Of a DNA stretch of 64,000 bases, positions 18,395 through 27,560 are shown piece after piece. Each line of letters starts with the position of its first letter. Positions within the stretch are counted from its first letter, which is position 1. The notes beneath the pieces are model-generated. The model searched no databases, was not told where the DNA came from, and worked only from the letters and a program-made list of their open reading frames with translations. Made by a program: the position numbers and the translations under genes. The DNA is from Candidatus Zixiibacteriota bacterium (GTDB lineage: Bacteria > RBG-13-66-14 > B26-G2 > WVWN01): positions 1 through 64,000 of the forward strand of contig JASFLY010000013.1 of the NCBI GenBank assembly GCA_050117845.1, read 5' to 3'.

Positions 18395-19720
18395 GTGGGC
18401 GGGAGCAACGGTTCCGATGCCGAATCGAAGGCGAAGGCGCGCTACGGCGGCCGCTTCTGGCTCGCGCTGGGCCTTTACAATATCCTACTCCATACGTTGT
18501 TCGCTTTGTTCTGGCTGCCGGCCTTGTTCCTCCGGGAGTTTCGGGGCCGCTTCATAAAACGCCTGGGCCTGCGCCTGCCGCGCATGAAGAAGTCGATATG
18601 GCTCCACGCGCCGTCGGTGGGGGAAGCGCTCGCCATCCGGGCCTTCGTGGAGGAGCTGCGCCGCCTCTTTCCCGGCCGCGAAATCGTCCTGACGACCTTC
18701 ACGTCCGGCGGCCGCCAGGTGGCCAAGCGCGTCGCCGCCGACCATCACCTGGCTCTGCCGTACGACCTCTACCCGAGCGTGGCGCTGACGCTCCGCGCGT
18801 ACGACCCGGCGCTGGTCCTGTTGGTGGAGGGGGACTACTGGCCCAACCTCCTTTACGCGTTGGAGCGGCGGGGCGTTCCGGTGGGCGTCGTCAACGGCCG
18901 CTTCACCGCCCGGAGCCAGAAGGGATACCGGCGGATGGGCTGGCTCTTCGAGCCGCTGTTCCGCCGCTTCGCGTTCGTTTGCTCCGCGGAAGAGGAGTAC
19001 GTGCCGCGCTACCGGGCGATGGGCGTCGAGGCCGACGACGTTTCGGTGACCGGCAATCTCAAATACGATAACTACGACACCACGACGTCGGACGAGGCGC
19101 TGGGCCTGGTCTCGGCGGCCCTGGGGAGGCCGGAGCCGGGGGACGTCCTCGTCGCCGCGAGTACGCACGCCGGCGAGGAAGAGATAGTAGCCGACGCGTA
19201 TATGGCGCTTCGGGAAGCTAACCCCCGGTTAAAATTCTTCGTCGCGCCGCGCTATCCGGAGCGGGCGGCCGAGGTCGAAACGCTCCTGACGCGGCGGGGC
19301 CTGCGGGCCGTTCGGCGGAGCGAGTTGCCGGCGGGCGGGGGGGCCGTGGACGCGGTGGTGCTCGATACTCTGGGCGAGCTGGGCGGCCTTTACCCCGTGG
19401 GCGCCGTCGCCGTCATCGGCGGGTCCTTCGTGCCGCGGGGCGGCCAGAACATGGTGGAGGCCGCGTACCACGGCTGCATCACGCTGTGGGGGCCCCACGT
19501 CGAGAACTTCCCGGTGGAGACCGGACGGCTGGCCGGCCGGGGCGGCATCCGCGTGGAGGACGGGGCCGGCCTACTGGAGGCGTTGCGGGAAATCTACGCC
19601 AACGAAGAGGTGCGTAACGTGCTGGGCGAGGAGGCCGCGATGGTGGCGCGGGAGATGATGGGGGCGTCGAAGCGGACGGCCGCCGTGGTCCGGCGGGTTT
19701 ACGAAAGGACGGTGCGCTGA
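18395..19720 (+). CDS. waaA: 3-deoxy-D-manno-octulosonic acid transferase
   Basis: IWLHAPSVGE, TGNLKYD, ASTHAGEE, APRYPER, DTLGEL, GGQN. Confidence 0.92.
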   Translation: MGGSNGSDAESKAKARYGGRFWLALGLYNILLHTLFALFWLPALFLREFRGRFIKRLGLRLPRMKKSIWLHAPSVGEALAIRAFVEELRRLFPGREIVLTTFTSGGRQVAKRVAADHHLALPYDLYPSVALTLRAYDPALVLLVEGDYWPNLLYALERRGVPVGVVNGRFTARSQKGYRRMGWLFEPLFRRFAFVCSAEEEYVPRYRAMGVEADDVSVTGNLKYDNYDTTTSDEALGLVSAALGRPEPGDVLVAASTHAGEEEIVADAYMALREANPRLKFFVAPRYPERAAEVETLLTRRGLRAVRRSELPAGGGAVDAVVLDTLGELGGLYPVGAVAVIGGSFVPRGGQNMVEAAYHGCITLWGPHVENFPVETGRLAGRGGIRVEDGAGLLEALREIYANEEVRNVLGEEAAMVAREMMGASKRTAAVVRRVYERTVR

Positions 19721-20841
19721 TGGCGCGCGCCCCGGCGTTTTACCGCGCCCACCGGGCCATAGCCGGGAATTTCTTGTTGCGGCTATTGTTCATGCCGCTT
19801 TCCTGGGTGTGGCAGGGCGTCGGCGCTTTCAAGCGTTACCTCTACCGCAAACACGTCTTCGGAGCCGCCCGCCTCTCGCGGCCCGTCATCGGCGTGGGCA
19901 ACCTGGCGATGGGCGGCGCCGGCAAGACGCCCTTCGTAATATTCCTGGGGCAGTATCTTATTAATTACGGCGTCCACGTGGCCGTCGTCTCCCGAGGCTA
20001 CGGCCGGGAAACGTCGGGCCGGGTGGTCGTGCGGCGGGCCGGGAACGTCTTGCAAATGGGGGAGAGCCGCGTCGGCGACGAGGCGCTGATGACGGCCCGG
20101 GCCCTCCCGCAGGCCACGGTGATAGTGGACGAGGACCGGGCGGCCGCGGCCGAGGACGCCGTCGACGAGATGGGCGCCCAGATAATCCTCCTCGACGACG
20201 CCTTCCAGCATCTAAAAATCAAGAAGGACTTGAACGTCCTTCTGGTGGACGCCCGCCGGCCCCCGGGGCCGGTCTTCCCGGCGGGGTACTACCGCGAGGG
20301 GCTGGCCGCCACGCGGGACGCGGACCTCGTCGTCTTCACCAAGTGCCGGGAGGGCGACCACCGCGAACGGTGGCGTCGGGCCCTGCGGCACGCCGGCTCC
20401 CGGGCGCCGCACGTCGAGGTCCAGTTCTCGCCGGCCTACCTCCGGCCGTTGAACAAGGACGAGCGGATGGCCCTGGCGAACCTGGAGGGGGCCAAGGTCC
20501 TCGCGTTCGGCGGCATCGCCGACTTCGACCACTTCGCCGAGGACCTGGCGGAATCGGGCGCGGTCGTGGCGCGGCGCCGTCCCTTCCCGGACCACCACCG
20601 CTTCACGCACGGCGAACTCGCGGACGCGGAGGGCACGGCGCTCGTGGCCGGCTGCGACTTCCTGGTGACGACCGCCAAGGACGAGGCCCGGCTGGAGGGG
20701 TGGCGGCCTTCCGTCCTGACCTACGTGCTCGAGCAATCGGTCGAGATAATTTCCGGCTTCGACGTCCTCAACGATTTCCTGGACCGGATAATCTCGTCGG
20801 TACAGCTCAGGGGGAACGCGGGTGGCGACGAGCAAGAATAA
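19720..20841 (+). CDS. lpxK: Tetraacyldisaccharide 4'-kinase
   Basis: VGNLAMGGAGKTP, SRGYG, GDEA, LDDAFQH, FPDHH, TTAKD. Confidence 0.93.
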   Translation: MARAPAFYRAHRAIAGNFLLRLLFMPLSWVWQGVGAFKRYLYRKHVFGAARLSRPVIGVGNLAMGGAGKTPFVIFLGQYLINYGVHVAVVSRGYGRETSGRVVVRRAGNVLQMGESRVGDEALMTARALPQATVIVDEDRAAAAEDAVDEMGAQIILLDDAFQHLKIKKDLNVLLVDARRPPGPVFPAGYYREGLAATRDADLVVFTKCREGDHRERWRRALRHAGSRAPHVEVQFSPAYLRPLNKDERMALANLEGAKVLAFGGIADFDHFAEDLAESGAVVARRRPFPDHHRFTHGELADAEGTALVAGCDFLVTTAKDEARLEGWRPSVLTYVLEQSVEIISGFDVLNDFLDRIISSVQLRGNAGGDEQE

Positions 20842-21769
20842 ACGGATAAAGCACCTAATCGAGTTCGCGTTCGTGTGGTCCGCGTTCGCCTGGGCCAACG
20901 TCCTGCCCGCGTCGTGGGCGGTGGCGATCGGCGGCGCGCTGGGCCGCATCGCGTACGCGGCCTGGGGGCGGCGCCGCCGCATAGCGCAGGCCAACCTGCG
21001 ATTCTGCTTCCCGGACGCCGGCGACGATTGGATCGACGACGTGGCCCGCAAGTCCTTCGCCAACTTCGGCCGGGCCATGATCGACTACATGCGCCTGCCG
21101 CGGCTGAACGCCCGGAACGTCGAGAAGTACCACAAGCTCGTCAACGCCGCGTCCTTCGACGAAGCGCTGGCCCGGGGTAAGGGGGCGATCCTCTTCACCG
21201 GCCATTTCGGCTCCTGGGAGCAGACGGGCGCCGCGGTGTGCCTGCGAGGTTATTCCATAAGCTTCCTCGTCGGCGAACAGCACAACAAGTACGTGGATAA
21301 TTTAATGAACAAACTGCGGGCCGACGCCGGCATCGGCATCATCCACATGGGGGCGGCGGCGAAGGGCGTATTCCGCGCCCTGCGCGGGAACGGCATGGTG
21401 GCGCTCCTCTCCGACCAGGACGCCGGGGCGGAGGGGGCCGAGGTTACGTTCTTCGGCCGTCGCGCGTCGACGCCCAAGGGGCCGGCGGCCTTCGTGGCCA
21501 AGACCGGCGCCGCCATTTGCGCCGGCTTCACCATTCGCGACTCCAACTCCCACAACACGCTTATAATGGAGGACGCGGTCGTCCCCGAAATCACGGGGGA
21601 CCTCGAGGCCGACATAGCGGCGCTCACGCAGGCCTATACCGACGTCCTCGAGAAATACTGCCGCGAGTACCCGGACCATTACTACTGGATGCACCGCCGC
21701 TTCAAGTCGACCCACCCCGAGATATACGAGGACCCGTCGCCGCACGCCCGGGGGAGCGGGGCCGGGTAA
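20822..21769 (+). CDS. lpxL: Lipid A biosynthesis acyltransferase (LpxL/HtrB family)
   Basis: GHFGSWE, LSDQD, FFG, PDHYYWMHRRFK. Confidence 0.85.
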   Translation: MATSKNKRIKHLIEFAFVWSAFAWANVLPASWAVAIGGALGRIAYAAWGRRRRIAQANLRFCFPDAGDDWIDDVARKSFANFGRAMIDYMRLPRLNARNVEKYHKLVNAASFDEALARGKGAILFTGHFGSWEQTGAAVCLRGYSISFLVGEQHNKYVDNLMNKLRADAGIGIIHMGAAAKGVFRALRGNGMVALLSDQDAGAEGAEVTFFGRRASTPKGPAAFVAKTGAAICAGFTIRDSNSHNTLIMEDAVVPEITGDLEADIAALTQAYTDVLEKYCREYPDHYYWMHRRFKSTHPEIYEDPSPHARGSGAG

Positions 21770-21850
21770 GTCTTGCAATTATCGGCATAATCTTTTATAC
21801 TCTATTTATAAAAAGGTATCAGGCTGGTAACGCACATAGAGGAGAAGGCG

Positions 21851-22447
21851 ATGAGGAAATACCTGACGATTCTTATGTTGGTCGCGGCGGTGGCCATGCT
21901 GTGCGTTTCGTGCGGCGGTAAAAAGAAGGTCGTCACCGGGACGCAATACAAGTGCAAGGAGTGCGGTAAGGTCTACCGCGACGACACGCGGGAGATTGAA
22001 GTCGACCGCGGCATGGCCGAGGAACTCGGCATCGAGGTCGTCGAGGGGTATTGCCCCAAATGCGGCGACGAGTTGATGACCATCGAGCAGACGCAGAACC
22101 GGAAATGCCCGGTGTGCGGGAAGGACCACGGGCCGGTTACGAAGAAAGTAACCATCGAGCGCAAGCTGGCCGATACCGTACCGACCGAAACGGAAGTCCC
22201 GTACCCCTGCTCGACCGGGAAATGCGCCAAGGTGGGCCGGCTCCACGAGAAGTACAACTGGGACTGGGCGGCCTGCGTCGCCGTGGCCGATCAGGCCATA
22301 GATATCGGCTATAATAAGGATATGGTTCGGGAAGCGTGGGGCCCGCCGACGCGAACCGAGAAGGTCGGCAACGCCGAACGGTGGTACTACGAGGCGGGTT
22401 ACGTTACCATCGGCGCTTCGGGCAAGGTCGTCGAGATCAAGCAGTAG
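21851..22447 (+). CDS. Hypothetical lipoprotein with multiple CxxC motifs
   Basis: Lipobox-like CVSC; CKEC, CPKC, CPVC, CSTGKC; C-terminal IGYNKDMVREAWGPP. Confidence 0.75.
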   Translation: MRKYLTILMLVAAVAMLCVSCGGKKKVVTGTQYKCKECGKVYRDDTREIEVDRGMAEELGIEVVEGYCPKCGDELMTIEQTQNRKCPVCGKDHGPVTKKVTIERKLADTVPTETEVPYPCSTGKCAKVGRLHEKYNWDWAACVAVADQAIDIGYNKDMVREAWGPPTRTEKVGNAERWYYEAGYVTIGASGKVVEIKQ

Positions 22448-22479
22448 GCGGCCCGCTCCCGCGTTGACCCAATAAAAAT

Positions 22480-22503
22480 AACCCTCCCTTATGGGAGGGT
22501 TTT

Positions 22504-22504
<1 letters not shown>
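22480..22504. terminator. Bidirectional terminator-like hairpin
   Basis: AACCCTCCC-TTAT-GGGAGGGTTTT between the convergent CDS and tRNA. Confidence 0.7.
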
Positions 22505-22578
<74 letters not shown>

Positions 22579-22665
22579 GAACGGGTGCGGACTATAACAT
22601 AAAACGGGGCCGGAGTAAACCACCTTCGTTTGGGGAATCCGTTCGCACCGGGCCGGAGCCGCGCA

Positions 22666-22694
22666 TTGACTTCGCGGCTCCGGGGGCGTATAAT
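22666..22694 (+). promoter_or_regulatory. sigma70-like promoter
   Basis: TTGACT-17bp-TATAAT, 7 nt upstream of ATG 22702. Confidence 0.7.
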
Positions 22695-22701
22695 GGGGAA
22701 A

Positions 22702-23706
22702 ATGAAGGAACGCTTTTTAATACTCTTTTTGGCGGCCTCGACGGCCGTCGGGGGCGCTTTCGCGCAGGCCGAGCCCGAGAAGTATTCCAGCAAGGAATAC
22801 GGCATATATTTCGACGTTCCGGCCGGGTGGACGTTGGACAAGAAGGCCGAAGGCTCCCTCTTCGCCCTGCGCGATTCCCTGGGCCTGATTGAGATTAAAG
22901 TGACCGCGCGTATCATCGCCAACAAGAAGGATATCCGGGAGTTCGCCAAGGGCCACGAGGCGGGACGGGGCCTGTCCGGCAAGGGCGCCGTTCTCGCGGA
23001 TATGGTGAAGAACGAGACGTACGCCGAAGCGACGCGCGAGGCTTTAAAACCTTTCGTTTACGACGATATTGAGGCGACGGACAAGGCGCGGAAAAAACAT
23101 GCCGAGAACGCCGCGAAGGCCGCCGCCGGGGAGGGGGGCGGCGAGGGCGGGGGGTCCATCCCGGACGAGGGCGATTTCCTGGCGACGAAGACGACCCGCC
23201 TGTACGAGGCCGAGGATCTGCCGACGACTGAAATTATAGTCTACGTAATCGGCGGGGGAGTGGGGTATACGGTGTCCATAGGCGCCGGCCGCGACGACTT
23301 CTACGCGGTGCTCCCCATGGCCCGGGACGCCGTCGCGGCCATGAAACTCGACCGGCTGTCGGGGGGGCGCTACGCCCTGCCGGACGGCAAGGCCATAGAG
23401 GCGGCCAAGAAGGGTATCATAATGGGGAAGGTCCTGCGGAACGGCCGGCCTGTTATCGGCGCCGCGGTCAACCTGTACGTCGACGCCGCGGCCTATAACG
23501 GCGGCGTCCCCTCCCATAGCTCCCGGTCGAACGGCTACGGCGAGTATACCTTCACCCAACTCAACGGCGGCCGCTACTACCTGCTCGAGGTTTACGGCGT
23601 GAGCGACGAGGGTATACGCGTCCGCTCCGTTCAGCCCATAAAGAATATCGACGTAACGGAGGGAAGGGTAAAGTTCGTTAACATCGAGGTAGCGGGCGCA
23701 CAATAG
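22702..23706 (+). CDS. Secreted hypothetical protein with C-terminal carboxypeptidase-regulatory-like (Ig) domain
   Basis: Signal peptide ending AFA; C-terminal GIIMGKVLRNGRPVIGAAVNL...SNGYGEYTF. Confidence 0.7.
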   Translation: MKERFLILFLAASTAVGGAFAQAEPEKYSSKEYGIYFDVPAGWTLDKKAEGSLFALRDSLGLIEIKVTARIIANKKDIREFAKGHEAGRGLSGKGAVLADMVKNETYAEATREALKPFVYDDIEATDKARKKHAENAAKAAAGEGGGEGGGSIPDEGDFLATKTTRLYEAEDLPTTEIIVYVIGGGVGYTVSIGAGRDDFYAVLPMARDAVAAMKLDRLSGGRYALPDGKAIEAAKKGIIMGKVLRNGRPVIGAAVNLYVDAAAYNGGVPSHSSRSNGYGEYTFTQLNGGRYYLLEVYGVSDEGIRVRSVQPIKNIDVTEGRVKFVNIEVAGAQ

Positions 23707-23893
23707 AAAACTACGGTTCGGATTAAAACCCGTGGGCCGGCCGCGTGTCAAATTACTGGACGAGAAATTTGACAGGGCCGGTTCTACGGGTTAAAATTTA
23801 TATGGAGAGGTTGATTTAGGCCGAAAAAACGGGGGGTCGAACGGGGGGAAGAAGAAAACCGGCGAAACGCACTACGACGCAGGAGGTGATACC

Positions 23894-24616
23894 GTGGTTA
23901 AGAAAATCAAAACCGCGCAGCAGAAGCTGAAGGCAAGGATTTCCGGCAAGTTATTTAAGTATACCTTCATGTTCTCGGTAACTCTGCACCTCGGTATCTG
24001 GGGCCTCTTAGGTAACCCGTTCGGCGGCTCGGGAGGCCAGCTCGTTGCCCAGCAGTTCTTCAGACATTTCGATCCCATTATACCCGTCAATTACAACAGA
24101 TTACCGGAACCGACTTCGATAACCAACCCGGTGCCGAAACACGGCCCCCCCGGCATCAAGGGCCATAGCGAGATGGGTGAGAACCCCATTCCCGTCCCCG
24201 ATAACGAAACGGAAAATACCGGCTACACGGACCGGGACCCCAGCAAGATCACGAAGGTCGGCCCCGGTACCAGCATCATCGTGAATCCGGAACCGGGCAT
24301 CGACAAACCGACTTCGGCCTCGCCCAACGTCATCGAGTTCGTGCCCACGTCCGAACCGCCGCGCATCCTCAAACAGGTCCGACCCGAGTATCCCGATATC
24401 GCGCGCTCTTCCGGCATCGAGGGTGACGTCGTCCTCATGGTCTACATCGACGAGAGCGGCAGGGTTCGCAACGCCGTCGTCCAGTCCTCGCCGGGTTTGC
24501 CGGCGCTGGATGAGGCCGCCATCAAGGCCGCTTACGGCTGCAAGTTCAAACCGGCCGAACAGCAGGGCGTTCCGGTCGGCGTGTGGTACAGCCTGGTCAT
24601 GCAGTTCGAGCTTTAA
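23894..24616 (+). CDS. tonB: Energy transducer TonB
   Basis: TM helix with SxxLH (SVTLH), Pro-rich linker, PEYPDIAR..GIEGDV...FKPA. Confidence 0.85.
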   Translation: MVKKIKTAQQKLKARISGKLFKYTFMFSVTLHLGIWGLLGNPFGGSGGQLVAQQFFRHFDPIIPVNYNRLPEPTSITNPVPKHGPPGIKGHSEMGENPIPVPDNETENTGYTDRDPSKITKVGPGTSIIVNPEPGIDKPTSASPNVIEFVPTSEPPRILKQVRPEYPDIARSSGIEGDVVLMVYIDESGRVRNAVVQSSPGLPALDEAAIKAAYGCKFKPAEQQGVPVGVWYSLVMQFEL

Positions 24617-24791
24617 GTCCCTCGTACTAATCCGAGGCCGGGGTTCATCCCCGGCCTTTTTCGTATGGATTAAACGGCGGCCGCGACCGCCGCGTCCAAT
24701 ATACGGGGCACGAGAAATTGACTTGACACCCCCGGCGGCATTAGTTAGAATATTTCTTGATATTATTGTCCCCGCAAGAGGAGGCACGAAC

Positions 24792-25523
24792 GTGGCGAAG
24801 AAAAAAGTACTATCTCAGGATAAGCTGAAGAAGAGATTGGGCGGCAGCCTTTTCCGGTACACGTTGCTGGTTTCGGCGGTAGTCCACTTCAGCATATGGG
24901 GCATCGCGGCGGTGCCCAAGGACGTGCTGTCGAGCAAGGGCGAAGTAAAGATGGGCGACGGCAAGCTGGTAATGAAAAAGGTAAAGAAGACCTACGACGA
25001 TCTGCCGCCGCCTCCCTCGTTAGAAGCTCCCGAACCGGAAAGCGCTCCCAAGGGTCTGGAAGCCAAGGGCAGCGTCGGCGAGGTTCCCCTTCCCGTCCCC
25101 GATGAACTCGCGGACGCCGACACGATTTCGGACGCCATCGGCGGAGGTGACGCCGAGGGATTCGGAGAGGGCACCGAGATACTGATCGAGGAAACCATCG
25201 AGGTCACCGAGGGCGGAGAGTCGCCCTGGGATACGGTCAGTTTCGACGTCGAGTATTCCGAGGCGCCGGTCATCGTTCACGAGCAGCGGCCGGTGTATCC
25301 GGACATCGCTCGGGACTCGGGCGTCGAGGGTGACGTTATCATGCTGGTCTACATCGACGAATCCGGGAACGTCCGGAACGCGGTGGTCCAGTCCTCGCCG
25401 GGTTTGCCGGCGCTGGACGAGGCCGCCAAGAAAGCCGCGATGAAGTGCAAATTCAAACCGGCGAAACAGCAGGGCGTGCCGGTCGGCGTGTGGTACAGCA
25501 TCGTAATGCAGTTCCGCCTGTAA
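24792..25523 (+). CDS. tonB: Energy transducer TonB (paralog)
   Basis: GTG start after AGGAGG; SAVVH TM helix; TonB C-terminal domain nearly identical to the upstream paralog. Confidence 0.85.
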   Translation: MAKKKVLSQDKLKKRLGGSLFRYTLLVSAVVHFSIWGIAAVPKDVLSSKGEVKMGDGKLVMKKVKKTYDDLPPPPSLEAPEPESAPKGLEAKGSVGEVPLPVPDELADADTISDAIGGGDAEGFGEGTEILIEETIEVTEGGESPWDTVSFDVEYSEAPVIVHEQRPVYPDIARDSGVEGDVIMLVYIDESGNVRNAVVQSSPGLPALDEAAKKAAMKCKFKPAKQQGVPVGVWYSIVMQFRL

Positions 25524-25661
25524 ACACGACTACAAACAAAATGACGACGGCCGGGGCTTTCCCGGCCGTTTTGCTATGGCGCGGCCGTGTCCCGGCGGGC
25601 TCTTTTTATTTTTGACAAACTCAAGCCGCCGATTTATAATCACGTGAAGGGGGCGAGCCAT

Positions 25662-26174
25662 ATGAGTACGCGGAAGTACCTGATTACGCTCGCGCTATTA
25701 GGGGTGTTGGCCTGGGCCGGGAGCGCGTACGGCGCCGACGTCGAAGTCTTCGTCGTGACCCAACTCGCGTGTCCCTTGAAGGTCAACAGGATAGTGGCGA
25801 AATGCGGCACCGCGGGAGCCAAATACAAACCGGCCGATTACGCCAACATCAACCCCGACGGCGAAGAGAAGTTCTGGCTTTACGGCGTCTTCGAACATGC
25901 GGGAGACGGCGCCATGACGTCTTTCACGTTCGAGGTTCGCGGCTACGACGCCATGGGGAAGCGCGTTTTCCACGAGGAGGACGTCCTGTTCGATTACCCG
26001 CTCCGCGAGGGCGACCCGAAAAGCAAGGAGTGGAGCTGGCCCGAGGAAGAGGGGACCGGCATCACCAAGGTCGTCTTCATCCCCTGGGTGATAAACTACC
26101 CGGCGGGCAGGACCTGGGAATCGGACGAAAAGTACGTCGCCATGAAAATGGAAGAACTCGGGATAACGGATTAG
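25662..26174 (+). CDS. Secreted hypothetical protein
   Basis: Signal peptide ending AYG; upstream TTGACA-17bp-TATAAT-like promoter. Confidence 0.65.
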   Translation: MSTRKYLITLALLGVLAWAGSAYGADVEVFVVTQLACPLKVNRIVAKCGTAGAKYKPADYANINPDGEEKFWLYGVFEHAGDGAMTSFTFEVRGYDAMGKRVFHEEDVLFDYPLREGDPKSKEWSWPEEEGTGITKVVFIPWVINYPAGRTWESDEKYVAMKMEELGITD

Positions 26175-26177
26175 CCC

Positions 26178-26591
26178 ATGAGACCCATAATGATTGTGGC
26201 GGCGTTGGCCGTAGCCTCGGTCGCGGCCGCGGCCGAGTTGCCGGCGGCGTACGCCGAGGCCATCACGGGACGCGATTTCGCGGGCCTCCTGACCGAAATC
26301 AACAAGCAGTTCGATATCCCTCCCATCGTCGTCTCCGAACCGGCCGAAATCTACCCCGAAATCGCCGGGAAGGCCGGCGCCCAGGGCACGGTTAAAATCC
26401 TCGTTTACGTCGACGAGAACGGCGACGTACGCGACGAGGTCATAGCCGATTCGCCCGGCTGGCTCGCGCTCGAGGAAGCGGCGCGGAAGGCCGCCCGGAC
26501 GATGAAGTACAAGCCCGCGAAACTCGACGACGAAGCGGTCGCGGCCTGGTACGTAGCGGATATCATGTTTTATATCCAACCGTCCCGATGA
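26178..26591 (+). CDS. Periplasmic TonB C-terminal domain protein
   Basis: Signal peptide followed by YPEIAGKAGAQGTVKILVYVDENG...YKPA. Confidence 0.75.
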   Translation: MRPIMIVAALAVASVAAAAELPAAYAEAITGRDFAGLLTEINKQFDIPPIVVSEPAEIYPEIAGKAGAQGTVKILVYVDENGDVRDEVIADSPGWLALEEAARKAARTMKYKPAKLDDEAVAAWYVADIMFYIQPSR

Positions 26592-27529
26592 ACGACGGGG
26601 GAGAGACGGCGCGGGCGATGACCGGGGCCGAATTGCAATTGCCGCCCGAGTACTCGGCCCAGCGCGCCGAAAGGCTGCGCCGGGAGGTCGGCCCCTGGTT
26701 GTCCGACCGCCGCGTCGAAGGGGTAGTAATAATCCGGGGCGACGCCGCCTCTCCGCCCGGAAGGGCCCCGGTGGACCTGTGGGTTATCGCCGACCTGGAG
26801 GCCGGGGCGGAGTTGTTTCCCGCCCGGCCGGTGGTCGGGCCCTCGTGGCTCCGCTTGGCCGTGTCGTCGTACGGGGTTTTCGTAAAGGAACTCCGGGAAA
26901 GGTTCCGCGCTTCGGCCGGGCCTACGGCGGGTATTTTCGTCGCTTACGACCGTGACGGCCGCCTGCGGGACGCCCGCCTCGGTTTGGAGGCCGAGTCGGC
27001 GCGGGCGCTTCTCCGCGCCCGGACGGCGGCGGCGGCCGGAACGGCGGCCGCGCTCAACTACGCTTCGGCGGCGCTCGGCGCCGCGAACCCGGGGGACGCA
27101 GCGGCGGCGCTTTTCCGGGCGGCGACCGGGTTGGCCGAACTCGAGGCGTTGAATAACGGCGTGTGGCCCCCGGCGGCGGGACCTCTCGCCGGGGCCGAGG
27201 GCAAGCCGGCGTACCGCTTATTCGAACGCGTAAAGCTGGCGGGCCCCGGGGCGGCCGAATTGGGCGAGATCCTCGCGGAGGCGAAAGCGGCCTTCGGCCG
27301 GGTTTTACCCGCCGCGGCGGCCCACATATTCGATTATATTATTAAGAACGGCGGCAGCGTTTCGGCGGCGGCCGTCGTGGACTCGCTCGAGCTGGCGGAC
27401 CTTCCGAACGTGGATTCGCTGTTGGCCGCCTTGCACGAGTATCGGCTGGTGGAGTTGGGCCGAGAGGAAAGGTCGGTCCCCGGCTTGCCCGGCCTTACGT
27501 ACGGGGAAGCCGTATTGACACTGCCCTGA
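26588..27529 (+). CDS. Hypothetical protein (possible nucleotidyltransferase-like fold with C-terminal winged helix)
   Basis: Coupled to the upstream gene; G...VDLWVI resembles an NTase strand; weak assignment. Confidence 0.5.
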   Translation: MNDGGETARAMTGAELQLPPEYSAQRAERLRREVGPWLSDRRVEGVVIIRGDAASPPGRAPVDLWVIADLEAGAELFPARPVVGPSWLRLAVSSYGVFVKELRERFRASAGPTAGIFVAYDRDGRLRDARLGLEAESARALLRARTAAAAGTAAALNYASAALGAANPGDAAAALFRAATGLAELEALNNGVWPPAAGPLAGAEGKPAYRLFERVKLAGPGAAELGEILAEAKAAFGRVLPAAAAHIFDYIIKNGGSVSAAAVVDSLELADLPNVDSLLAALHEYRLVELGREERSVPGLPGLTYGEAVLTLP

Positions 27530-27560
27530 AACCGGCGCGTAAATATCGGGAAGGAACGTT

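Noticed and set aside
21851..22447. Multiheme cytochrome c
   Set aside because: The CxxC motifs are not followed by His.
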